DNA of 43,947 bases from sequence record PZ671982.1; one strand, given 5' to 3'. This document shows, piece after piece, positions 36,186-43,947 of this stretch (position 1 is the stretch's first letter; each line of letters starts with the position of its first letter). This DNA comes from a phage. A model generated the notes under the pieces. The model was not told where the DNA came from and did no database searches. It saw nothing but the letters and a program-made list of their open reading frames with translations. Both the position numbers and the translations under genes were made by a program.

Positions 36186-38447
36186 ATGAAAAATTACTTA
36201 ATCGAGTTCGGCACCGTCGGCGGTAAGTACGGCAAGCGTGTTAAAAACCATTCTATGACGGAAGCCGAGTTTATGGAATACGTCGCGGATACAGTGGAGC
36301 TGTCCGGCGTTACCATTACCGGCGACGAGACTAAGAAAGAATACGATGCGGTGAAGGGTAAGGCGGAAGGCATTGTCGCCACCACTAAAGGCCGCGGTCG
36401 TCGCGCCACGGAAGTGGGTGTGCGTTCGGTTTTGTTCTACGATCTGGACCGCACGGACAACCGAACCCTGGGTCGTGTTAAGCGGGCATTTCGTAAATCC
36501 GGCCTGTCCCACGTCTACTACTCCACTACTGGCGACCGCCATCCGCTGAAGGGCGGCACACGTTGCGCACGTTTCCTGGTACTAACCAATAAACCGGTCG
36601 ACGTTGCCGATTTGGGGCGTGCGCAGTTCGCACTGTTACACGACCTCGGACTGGAAGACGTACCGTTTGACGATTGCACAAAAAACGTCAACAACCTGCA
36701 GTTCCTTCCGCATTCCGGATCTACCGTGTCTTGCCACTACGGCAAGCGCGCTAATGTGCGTCGTCTGCTTCGCCTGGCGGATAAGCTGGGCGTGGAGAAG
36801 GAGGAAGTACGCCGCGAGCTTACCCAGGGCGACGACGCAGTGGCGGACGGTATTCTGGACTGGTGCTTCCAGGCAGGATTCGAACCGCTGTCGTCCGGTC
36901 GTGGTTATGAAGTGCCATGCCCGAACGAACATCTGCATAGTGGCGAAGGGTCCACCGCTATCATGGTTAAGGATGGCGAGATCCGTTTCAAGTGTATGCA
37001 CACCGGCAACGAGTGTTGCTCGGAACTGAACAGACACCAGCACCTGGCGCTACGTCTTATCGGGATCCCGGACCACCTGAACGTCGAACCGCACAACATG
37101 TCACGTAAGCAGATTGCCGCCATCCTTCCGGGACTGGACGACGAGGAAGTGGAATCGTGCTATGCGCATATTGTTGATGCGGTTGGCGACGGCGAAGAAT
37201 ATGGCGTGTGCACCGATGCGGACCTGGATAACGAGCCGGTCGCACTATTCAGTAAGCACGACCCGATCATCGAAGGGCTGATAAACTTCAAATCGACCTG
37301 GTATATGGCGGGCGAGTCTAACATAGGTAAGTCCTTCTATGTGCTGGGGCAGATGGGCGCGGTTGCCGCTGGTATTCCGTTTGGCGGTGCGAAGGTAGTC
37401 CAGTCGCATTGCTTCTATTTTGATGCGGAAGGCGGCGAAGCCTCCAACCAGCGCAAAGAAGCATTGCAGATTAAATACGAGCACGACCTGGACAAGCTGC
37501 ACATTATCGACCTGCAGTCTCGCGGCTGGGATATCACCAGCAAGTCCGGTTTGCGCGAAGTTATCAGCTTTATCAACCGCACCGCTAATGGCGAACCGGT
37601 TGGCCTGGTGGCCTTCGACTCACTTAACCAGACGGTCGCGCTGCGGTCCGCCGATGCTAAACCGTTCGACGAGAACAACGCCAGCGATATGGGTGAAGTG
37701 GTCAAAGCGCTGAAAGCCATTGCGGAAAATACAGGTGGCAGTGCGGGCGTCATCCACCACCCAGCGAAAGGGGCAAACGGCAGCAGATCCCCGCGCGGGT
37801 CCGGTGCGCTTCATGGTGCTGTCGATTCAGCTTTCTTCCTGGAACAGCCGGACGACAACCAGCCGGGACAACTTAACCTGTACCACGAAAAATCACGTAA
37901 CGGCATCAAGCAAGCGCCGCGTGGCTTCGTCCTGCTCAAGTGCAAGGTGAAGGTGGATCTCCGCAAGTCAGAAGCGTTCGAGGCGCACCAGTCCACCAGC
38001 ACCGGGCCGGACTTCGGCGACGTCGTTGCCGGTTGGGACGTCAAACCAATTGCGTCCACGCCACGCGACGAGACTCTGTACCTCGTACCGGTCGCCCTGG
38101 CACCGTTCGCCATCGAACAGGCGAAGGCTGCAGGCAAAGCAGCAGTTAAGGAAGAAAACACCGCCGGTCCGCGCAACGAAAAAGAGAAAGTGCTTTATGC
38201 GGCCCTGGAAAAACTGATGGAAGATAACCCGGACCATACCGGATTCAGTAAATCGGCAATTGTACGCCAGGCTGGACTCGCTAAGGGTGGCACTTCGACG
38301 AAGGCAATCGACGATATGGTGGACCGCGGCGTGATTGGTTTCTATACAGATCCGCACACCGGGGCCATCTATGGGTCATCGAATTTAGTCATCAAATCGG
38401 ATATCCCCATAACGCTTTCGGCGACAGATGACGATCTGAAAGACTAA
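36186..38447 (+). CDS. primase / replicative helicase-like protein (C-terminal RecA-like ATPase)
   Basis: 753 aa; Cys/His cluster CPNEHLHSGEG...CMHTGNEC; Walker A MAGESNIGKS, Walker B-like LVAFDSLN; followed by iteron array. Confidence 0.65.
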   Translation: MKNYLIEFGTVGGKYGKRVKNHSMTEAEFMEYVADTVELSGVTITGDETKKEYDAVKGKAEGIVATTKGRGRRATEVGVRSVLFYDLDRTDNRTLGRVKRAFRKSGLSHVYYSTTGDRHPLKGGTRCARFLVLTNKPVDVADLGRAQFALLHDLGLEDVPFDDCTKNVNNLQFLPHSGSTVSCHYGKRANVRRLLRLADKLGVEKEEVRRELTQGDDAVADGILDWCFQAGFEPLSSGRGYEVPCPNEHLHSGEGSTAIMVKDGEIRFKCMHTGNECCSELNRHQHLALRLIGIPDHLNVEPHNMSRKQIAAILPGLDDEEVESCYAHIVDAVGDGEEYGVCTDADLDNEPVALFSKHDPIIEGLINFKSTWYMAGESNIGKSFYVLGQMGAVAAGIPFGGAKVVQSHCFYFDAEGGEASNQRKEALQIKYEHDLDKLHIIDLQSRGWDITSKSGLREVISFINRTANGEPVGLVAFDSLNQTVALRSADAKPFDENNASDMGEVVKALKAIAENTGGSAGVIHHPAKGANGSRSPRGSGALHGAVDSAFFLEQPDDNQPGQLNLYHEKSRNGIKQAPRGFVLLKCKVKVDLRKSEAFEAHQSTSTGPDFGDVVAGWDVKPIASTPRDETLYLVPVALAPFAIEQAKAAGKAAVKEENTAGPRNEKEKVLYAALEKLMEDNPDHTGFSKSAIVRQAGLAKGGTSTKAIDDMVDRGVIGFYTDPHTGAIYGSSNLVIKSDIPITLSATDDDLKD

Positions 38448-38550
38448 ATTTTGCGCGCATTGGTTGCCATTTTGAGTGTTTTTAACTGGTCGCATTGGTT
38501 GCCGTGTAGTGTAAATATAGTGAATAGTTATGCAGTTTTATTGCATAAAG

Positions 38551-38710
38551 TAAGCGGGACAAAAAGCGGGACAGACCAGGGGCGGGACAAAGCGGGACAG
38601 CACCCCTGTCCCGCCCCGGATGACGCGGCCTGGAGAGGAGCGGGACAGGCGGGACAAACCCCAGTCTTTCAGACTAGACGGGGGTCAGTTGGCCCCCCTC
38701 GTCTGAGACT
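38551..38710 (+). repeat. iteron array B: 6 direct + 1 inverted GCGGGACA copies and terminal imperfect hairpin; flanked by inverted CGCATTGGTTGCC repeats and AT-rich tracts
   Basis: Read directly; closely similar to 11268..11426. Confidence 0.8.
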
Positions 38711-38869
38711 GCATAAAATCCTGGATTGCATAATACACGGCAGCACATTGGAAATCGCGGTCGTCGCTGAACTAGGCAACCAATGCGAGTTGCAGAACGG
38801 TTGGTGAAAATGCAGTTTGCAGTCACAGCAGATAGCGATCGACTTTTTCATGCGCGTGATTAATATTGG

Positions 38870-38898
38870 TTGCATCCATGCCCGCACCCTGCTATATT
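38870..38898 (+). promoter_or_regulatory. sigma70-like promoter (TTGCAT-17-TATATT) from tandem ATATTGGTTGCA motifs
   Basis: About 30 nt upstream of RBS AAGAGGA and ATG 38927. Confidence 0.5.
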
Positions 38899-38926
38899 GG
38901 TTGCACACCAACAAGAGGACTGAACG

Positions 38927-39232
38927 ATGAAAGCATTAATCTGGAATTACACAATGGCGGTGGCGAAGCTGTATGAAGCGAAGCACACAGACGGCAACGC
39001 AGACAACGCGCGCCAGGCTGTTATCCTTGCACAGCAGGGAATCATGAACGCGTTCGACGATATGTTTGCCAGCCTGGACGAACTGGAACCGCTTCGCGTG
39101 GCAATCTGCGGATATGCGATGGCGTTTGCCCGTGAGCGCCTTGCGTATCGCTTCGGGATCGGTGAGACGGCAGCGACAAACATCGCCCGGATTGCAGCCC
39201 AACGCGAGCTATTCGCTCAGCTTGCGAAATAA
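38927..39232 (+). CDS. hypothetical protein (101 aa)
   Basis: ORF with strong RBS. Confidence 0.5.
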   Translation: MKALIWNYTMAVAKLYEAKHTDGNADNARQAVILAQQGIMNAFDDMFASLDELEPLRVAICGYAMAFARERLAYRFGIGETAATNIARIAAQRELFAQLAK

Positions 39233-39241
39233 GGGGCCAAA

Positions 39242-39511
39242 ATGGATCGCAGAAGAGCTAAACAGCTTTCGTGGCATATCCCACTGCATTGCATACGAAT
39301 ATGGGCTAAGAATGCGATTGAGGGCGATTCTGTGTTCTGGAGCTATCGCGACGATGTGAAGCCATTAACGCAGACCAGCTATCTGCACCAGTTCGCCAGG
39401 GAGCACGGATTAGCCATAAAAACGTCCTTGCGACCAACTGGCATTCGTATTACATTACGCCGGAAGCCCGCAGTCGAGCGGGTAGGCAAACACTGGAGAC
39501 TGCGCAAATGA
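39242..39511 (+). CDS. hypothetical basic protein (89 aa)
   Basis: ORF; stop overlaps next start. Confidence 0.45.
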   Translation: MDRRRAKQLSWHIPLHCIRIWAKNAIEGDSVFWSYRDDVKPLTQTSYLHQFAREHGLAIKTSLRPTGIRITLRRKPAVERVGKHWRLRK

Positions 39512-39651
39512 CACCAGCACTAATGGCGGGATTCTCGCAGAAGTTTATTTCTGTTGATGCCTGCATAGCAGATTATGAGATGGACGGCATCGCTACTGTG
39601 TGCGATGGCGACACGAAAACTGCCGATGAGATTGAGGAGACAGCGCAATGA
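39508..39651 (+). CDS. small hypothetical protein (47 aa)
   Basis: Below table cutoff; ATGA overlaps at both ends suggest translational coupling. Confidence 0.3.
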   Translation: MTPALMAGFSQKFISVDACIADYEMDGIATVCDGDTKTADEIEETAQ

Positions 39652-40244
39652 AATTACTATTCCGCCGTAAAGCAGACGGCAAAATCCTGAGACCAATACA
39701 GACCCTTGAGGCACACGTCCGCTTGCACCACGCCGCGAGTGATCGTGTCTGGTGGGCGAACAAGGCTAAGCTGCCGGAGAAATACGATATTGTCACGCAT
39801 GATATCGAGCGCGGCGATGTGCTGCGTGATATTCGCGACGGCAGTATGTGGATCGTCGAGTATGTCGGGCTTCATGGCCTGCGTATGCAAAACCGCAAGG
39901 ATGGCGTAGCCGGTATGACTTACTTCGGCCTTGTCAACTACGAACGAGTGGGCCGCAAATACAGCCTTCGCGAACGCAAGCCGCATGAGCGAGCGAGCGC
40001 CATAGCGGACGCAGTTAACCGCGTAACGCATGACGTGGCGCAGAAGACGCGTGTGGATTTCACCCGCTACGACTCCAACCAGGTGCAAGCGAAGATGGGC
40101 CGCGCCGTACACCAAATCGTCAATCGCTTTGATGCCGTGACGAACGCACAGCACCATGCGCAGGAATATGGCGTTGGATTCATCCGGGTGGAACGAGACG
40201 GCAGCATGAAAGCCATCGACCCGCGCTCGGTGATTCTGAAATGA
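39648..40244 (+). CDS. hypothetical protein (198 aa)
   Basis: ORF coupled to upstream small ORF. Confidence 0.5.
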   Translation: MKLLFRRKADGKILRPIQTLEAHVRLHHAASDRVWWANKAKLPEKYDIVTHDIERGDVLRDIRDGSMWIVEYVGLHGLRMQNRKDGVAGMTYFGLVNYERVGRKYSLRERKPHERASAIADAVNRVTHDVAQKTRVDFTRYDSNQVQAKMGRAVHQIVNRFDAVTNAQHHAQEYGVGFIRVERDGSMKAIDPRSVILK

Positions 40245-40412
40245 ATAAATTCGATTTAGTGCGGGATAAATTAACCCGCGATTTGTATCTGGTTGTAGCC
40301 GTAACCCATTACCAGGTTAAACTACGTAATGTGGCTACTAAGCAAGCGCACTGGGCACCACGCCATAACCCACATCTGGAGGTCGTATCCCGTGTCGGCT
40401 GTGATTCGTGAT
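40242..40412 (+). CDS. small hypothetical protein (56 aa)
   Basis: ATG overlapping upstream stop (ATGA); below table cutoff. Confidence 0.3.
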
Positions 40413-40532
40413 TTGTTGGTGCATAACCGCTTTGAAATAGACGGTCGGGTATTTCGCAATTACTTCGTGGCGCGTGCATGGGCGCGCCATATTGGCAAAC
40501 CGGAAGGGGCAATTAGATGTTACACGATGTGA
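40392..40532 (+). CDS. small hypothetical protein (46 aa, GTG start)
   Basis: RBS GGAGG 8 nt before GTG 40392; alternative to the longer 40329 start. Confidence 0.25.
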   Translation: MSAVIRDLLVHNRFEIDGRVFRNYFVARAWARHIGKPEGAIRCYTM

Positions 40533-40804
40533 TTTATTGGTTTGGTTTGATCTGCGGGCGGTGCCTGCTTACCGCGGTGCTGTTGGGCAGCCTGATGTTC
40601 GTCGTATGGCCTGCAGTGGAAGCCGCCAGCATTACCCGCATGACGTTCGAGATCTACAAGCGCCGTGGAATAACGGAGCACCCGACAAGGCTTCGGATGT
40701 GGTGGCTGTGGTATCGGGATATGATAGGCGGTCGAACATTCGAAGCCGTCCGATCATCCGGGTGGGAGTGGAAAGGCGTCGGCAAGTGGTCAATTTTCGA
40801 TTAA
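40517..40804 (+). CDS. small membrane protein (95 aa)
   Basis: RBS GAAGGGG; N-terminal hydrophobic stretch WFGLICGRCLLTAVLLGSLMFVVW; immediately upstream of holin. Confidence 0.45.
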   Translation: MLHDVIYWFGLICGRCLLTAVLLGSLMFVVWPAVEAASITRMTFEIYKRRGITEHPTRLRMWWLWYRDMIGGRTFEAVRSSGWEWKGVGKWSIFD

Positions 40805-40856
40805 TTGTGCAAGCGTGATATAGTCCCAGTGAGCTAAAACTGACTGGGACTTTTTT

Positions 40857-41147
40857 ATGGATAAGCTAAACGAGTGGTTATTCGCCCTGGCATGTCTGGC
40901 GGGTGGCTTCGTAGGAGCACGCATTCATGGCGAGGCTACGAAAGGGCCGCTAAACTTCGTTTTGTATGTCGTAGTTGGCTTCCTGTGTGCCATATTTGGC
41001 GCACCGGCTATTGCCGAGTGGGCTGGTTTGTCGGGTGAGCGCACTGTCGCCGGTTTGGGCTTCGTAACTGCGATCTTCTGGATGCCAATCGCCGACCGGA
41101 TCAGGGAGACTATTGCGTCGTTCCGACTTCCGGGGGGTGCAAAATGA
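40857..41147 (+). CDS. holin (putative, 3 predicted TMDs)
   Basis: 96 aa with three hydrophobic segments; directly upstream of second membrane protein and endolysin. Confidence 0.55.
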   Translation: MDKLNEWLFALACLAGGFVGARIHGEATKGPLNFVLYVVVGFLCAIFGAPAIAEWAGLSGERTVAGLGFVTAIFWMPIADRIRETIASFRLPGGAK

Positions 41148-41389
41148 TTATCTCCGTCCTGTTGTTTGTTATCATAGGGGCTTCGTCCCTGTTTAACGTG
41201 TATGCGCCGTCCGTCCAGGATGGCATTTTCGGTCGGGTGCTGTATCTGCTAACGGCGATGATCTGCGTTATTGGATTGTTGCAAACGGGAGACGTATCAG
41301 ACACCACCTGGACCGCGTTAATCTGGCTGTTTGCATTGCGCACCTTGCGTAATGCGGTTTTAAATGGGGTAAAACATGCGATTCAGTGA
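41144..41389 (+). CDS. second holin-like membrane protein (antiholin/pinholin candidate)
   Basis: 81 aa, hydrophobic segments IISVLLFVIIGASSLF and LYLLTAMICVIGLL; overlaps both neighbours. Confidence 0.45.
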   Translation: MIISVLLFVIIGASSLFNVYAPSVQDGIFGRVLYLLTAMICVIGLLQTGDVSDTTWTALIWLFALRTLRNAVLNGVKHAIQ

Positions 41390-41867
41390 CAACGGTCTAA
41401 GATTCACGGCAGCATGGGAGGCTTTTAGCCCGGTGCCGTATTTCGCGACCAAGAAAGAGCAGGCCCGCGGCCTGTACACCTGGGGTTATGGTCATACCGG
41501 CACTAATCCGCCTCGAAGCATTACCCGCGAGGAAGCGCTGGCACTACTCAAGCGCGATGTGGCGTATGCCGAGGACTGGGTGAACAAATACGCCCATAAG
41601 AGCATTAATCAGGCGCAATTCGATGCGCTGGTGGACCTGGTAATCAATGCCGGTCCTGGTCCGATCGTACCGGATGACGTCGCGAATGATTTCGATGACG
41701 CGGTGCGACTGGGAGACTGGGCGAAGGTCCGTGCTATCCTGCCGCAGTTCCGCAAGCAAGGCGGGGAAGTGCTTAAGGGTCTGGTGCGCCGTGCAATCGG
41801 CAGACAGGCTTTATTTGATGGTAAGCAGTGGGACGTTGCCGAGCGAATCGGTCGTAACGCAGCATAA
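41376..41867 (+). CDS. endolysin (phage lysozyme-like)
   Basis: N-terminal SDNGLRFTAAWEAFSPVPY...WGYGHTG resembles the catalytic region of T4/P22-type lysozymes; follows holins. Confidence 0.65.
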   Translation: MRFSDNGLRFTAAWEAFSPVPYFATKKEQARGLYTWGYGHTGTNPPRSITREEALALLKRDVAYAEDWVNKYAHKSINQAQFDALVDLVINAGPGPIVPDDVANDFDDAVRLGDWAKVRAILPQFRKQGGEVLKGLVRRAIGRQALFDGKQWDVAERIGRNAA

Positions 41868-41883
41868 TACGAGGGGACACGAT

Positions 41884-42285
41884 ATGTTAGATTCGATCTT
41901 GCGACGTAAAGAACGCATTATCAAGACACTGCCCGCAGTGCAGAACCCAGAAGCGCGCCGCATCCTGGCTGGGGATATGAATATTTCTGGCGTCTTTGAC
42001 AAGGCCGTGCCTGAAGGTAAGCCGGTGGCAAGCGCTACGGTCACCATCGACCCAGTTACCGCCGCAGTTGGTGAGACAGCCACCGCGACTGTTGCCGTGC
42101 TGCCGTCCGACGCGGCTAACAAGACCGGATCGTGGGTGTCGGCTAACACTAACCGCGCCGCAATCAATCCGACTACCGGCGAAATCACAGCTAAAGCGGC
42201 TGGCAACGTCCGCATTGTTTGGGTGGCGTCCGACGGCAGTGGGGTGCAAGCAGACGCAGGCTTCACAGTAACGGCAGCCGCATAA
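41884..42285 (+). CDS. bacterial Ig-like (Big_2-type) domain protein
   Basis: ATG 41884 (RBS AGGGGA); Thr/Ala/Val-rich beta pattern ATVTIDPVTAAVGETATATV...AAGNVRIVWVASDGSG; followed by terminator. Confidence 0.5.
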   Translation: MLDSILRRKERIIKTLPAVQNPEARRILAGDMNISGVFDKAVPEGKPVASATVTIDPVTAAVGETATATVAVLPSDAANKTGSWVSANTNRAAINPTTGEITAKAAGNVRIVWVASDGSGVQADAGFTVTAAA

Positions 42286-42293
42286 GCCAACAA

Positions 42294-42316
42294 GCCCGGA
42301 TAATACCGGGCTTTTT
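42294..42316 (+). terminator. rho-independent terminator (GCCCGG-ataata-CCGGGC + TTTTT)
   Basis: Seen in sequence. Confidence 0.6.
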
Positions 42317-42357
42317 ATTGCTTGGCTTGCAACCAACCAATAAGAGGAGTAATCAAG

Positions 42358-42438
42358 ATGGCACGTAAAGATATTTGGGTATTAGCGATATGGACCACCG
42401 CGGCTTTTATCGGCATGGTTATTTGCGAATTGATATAG
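42358..42438 (+). CDS. tiny hydrophobic peptide (26 aa)
   Basis: ATG preceded by RBS AGAGGAG and TTGCAACCAA motif; sequence MARKDIWVLAIWTTAAFIGMVICELI is one TM-like helix. Confidence 0.3.
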   Translation: MARKDIWVLAIWTTAAFIGMVICELI

Positions 42439-42499
42439 CCCGCCGCCATACGGACCGTGGTATATTGTCCACGGTCCACTAATCAGGAATTAATTAAAT

Positions 42500-43642
42500 A
42501 TGCACCCGCAAACTAAAATTACCGATGAGCAATTGATCGCAGAAATTCAGGCAGGGACTACGGTTAAAGAGATTGCGAAGAAGTACGGGATCGCCCTGCG
42601 CAATGTCTATATGCGCAAAGCCCGCCTATCAAAAAAGGGGATTGGTCACGGTAATGATGCCGTGATCCGTAAGCGCGTTGCCGATGGCTTCGGGGTTAAG
42701 CGCGTATCGGCCCTGGTGCGCGGCAATGGCGAAGAGGTCATGTCGTGGGTCATCACTGAGCAGGACAAGGAGCGCCAACTCGAAGCTATGCGCGCTGTTG
42801 TCGATGGTATGAACAGCGAAATCACACCGGCAGCACCGGTAAGCGCCCCGCCAGTCCCGATCCAGGCACTTGACTTGCTCAACCTGTACACCGTGTCAGA
42901 CTTCCATCTGGGTATGCTGGCATGGGGCGAGGAGACTGGCGAAGATTGGGATATGGCGATCGCCGAAGACCTGTTTTACCGCTGGTTTGTCGAAGCCTTC
43001 GCACGCGCACCAGACGCAGGCACTGCCGTGATCAATATCCTCGGCGATATGGCCCACTTTGACAGCCTTGATGCCGTCACACCAGCAAGCGGTCACGTAC
43101 TGGACGCCGACACCCGCTACCAGAAACTGGTCCGATACATGATTCGCATGGTGCGCAACGTCGTCGAACTGGCGCTGCAAAAACACCACAAAGTCAAACT
43201 GCTAATCGTCCAGGGAAATCATGACGAGTCGGGTATGATTTGGCTGGCTGAGATGTTCAATACTCTGTACGAGAACGAGCCGCGCGTCGATGTGGATACG
43301 TCCCCGGACGTCTACAAAATTGTGCAGCACGGAAAGACCACGCTATTCTTTCACCACGGGCACAAAGCGCGATTCGATGTTATCGAGCAGGTTATGATCG
43401 CTAAATTCCGACAGGCGTTCGGGTCTAGCGAGTACAGCTATGCACATGTAGGCCACTTGCACCACCAGAAGATTGTAGAATCCCGCAACATGATTGTTGA
43501 GCAGCACCGGACACTCGCGGCGAAAGACGCATACGCCAGCCGCGGCGGTTGGATGTCCGGTCGTAGCGCCAATGTAATTACCTACAGCGCCAACTACGGC
43601 GAAGTGGCGCGCTTAACCATTAGCCCGGAAATGTTGAAATGA
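42500..43642 (+). CDS. HTH domain fused to Mre11/SbcD-like calcineurin-type metallophosphoesterase
   Basis: N-terminal HTH-like TVKEIAKKYGIALRNVYMRKARL; C-terminal motifs SDFHLG, GDMAHFD, GNHDE, HHGH, GHLHH; immediately upstream of small ORF and terminase. Confidence 0.6.
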   Translation: MHPQTKITDEQLIAEIQAGTTVKEIAKKYGIALRNVYMRKARLSKKGIGHGNDAVIRKRVADGFGVKRVSALVRGNGEEVMSWVITEQDKERQLEAMRAVVDGMNSEITPAAPVSAPPVPIQALDLLNLYTVSDFHLGMLAWGEETGEDWDMAIAEDLFYRWFVEAFARAPDAGTAVINILGDMAHFDSLDAVTPASGHVLDADTRYQKLVRYMIRMVRNVVELALQKHHKVKLLIVQGNHDESGMIWLAEMFNTLYENEPRVDVDTSPDVYKIVQHGKTTLFFHHGHKARFDVIEQVMIAKFRQAFGSSEYSYAHVGHLHHQKIVESRNMIVEQHRTLAAKDAYASRGGWMSGRSANVITYSANYGEVARLTISPEMLK

Positions 43643-43851
43643 TTAGACAAGTATTCATGAGCACGCAGGCGGACCGCCTGAAGGAACTACGCAAGCAACT
43701 CGAAGGCTTGCGCCGATTCGAACGAACGGCAGCAGCAATAGGCATGTCTATCAGCGAGCGGATCGAGATACTATCGCAAATACGCTACACAGAAGGCGCT
43801 ATAAGCGAAGTAGAAAGCATGTTAACACGATACTACGGTCGCGACGTTTAA
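43639..43851 (+). CDS. hypothetical protein (70 aa)
   Basis: ORF overlapping upstream stop; coiled-coil-like. Confidence 0.45.
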   Translation: MIRQVFMSTQADRLKELRKQLEGLRRFERTAAAIGMSISERIEILSQIRYTEGAISEVESMLTRYYGRDV

Positions 43852-43861
43852 ACCGCATAGC

Positions 43862-43892
43862 CTGCCGATTTGGTGGGCTTTTTTGTGCCTGT
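43862..43892 (+). terminator. weak terminator-like hairpin followed by CTTTTTTG
   Basis: Imperfect stem GCCTGCC / GGTGGGC followed by T run. Confidence 0.25.
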
Positions 43893-43947
43893 TATAATCC
43901 CCCTTAGATGGCAGGGCCGTCTCCTATGTTGCCGATGGTCGGCGCAT

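Noticed and set aside
1-43947. Searched for integrase, CI/Cro-type repressor pair, tRNA or rRNA genes
   Set aside because: No tyrosine or serine recombinase signature, no tRNA-like cloverleaf candidates and no rRNA-like sequence were recognised; by eye only, so small tRNAs cannot be fully excluded without tRNAscan-SE.

Overview
The window reads as a complete or near-complete ~44 kb genome of a tailed dsDNA phage (siphovirus-type), with no integrase or repressor seen, so probably virulent. All calls are from reading the ORF translations and the DNA by eye; no database search or computation was run, so family names are motif-based inferences. Two transcription polarities: (1) + strand, 35.7 kb to the window end and on from 1 to 23.4 kb: HTH regulator, primase-helicase, small genes, holin/holin-like/endolysin, HTH-metallophosphoesterase, terminase small and large, portal, MuF-like head protein, Rz/Rz1-type spanins, scaffold, major capsid, lambda-order neck and tail genes (FII/Z/U/V-like, G/GT chaperone with -1 frameshift, tape measure, M/L/K/I/J-like), and a repeat-containing lateral tail fiber. 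(2) - strand, 35.3 kb down to 23.5 kb: acidic first early gene, Cas4-like nuclease, SSB-like protein, family A DNA polymerase, VRR-NUC, SNF2 helicase, C5-type and Dam-type methyltransferases, HAD phosphatase and several unknowns. Two short - strand islands sit inside the late region: an AT-rich gene at 5.1-5.5 kb and a lipoprotein plus 311-aa protein pair at 20.4-21.6 kb. The strongest unexplained signals are two related arrays of GCGGGACA iterons ending in a conserved imperfect hairpin (11.1-11.4 kb and 38.5-38.7 kb), a recurrent TTGGTTGCA element that coincides with sigma70-like promoters, and several candidate host-interaction genes. No rRNA, tRNA or CRISPR array was recognised.
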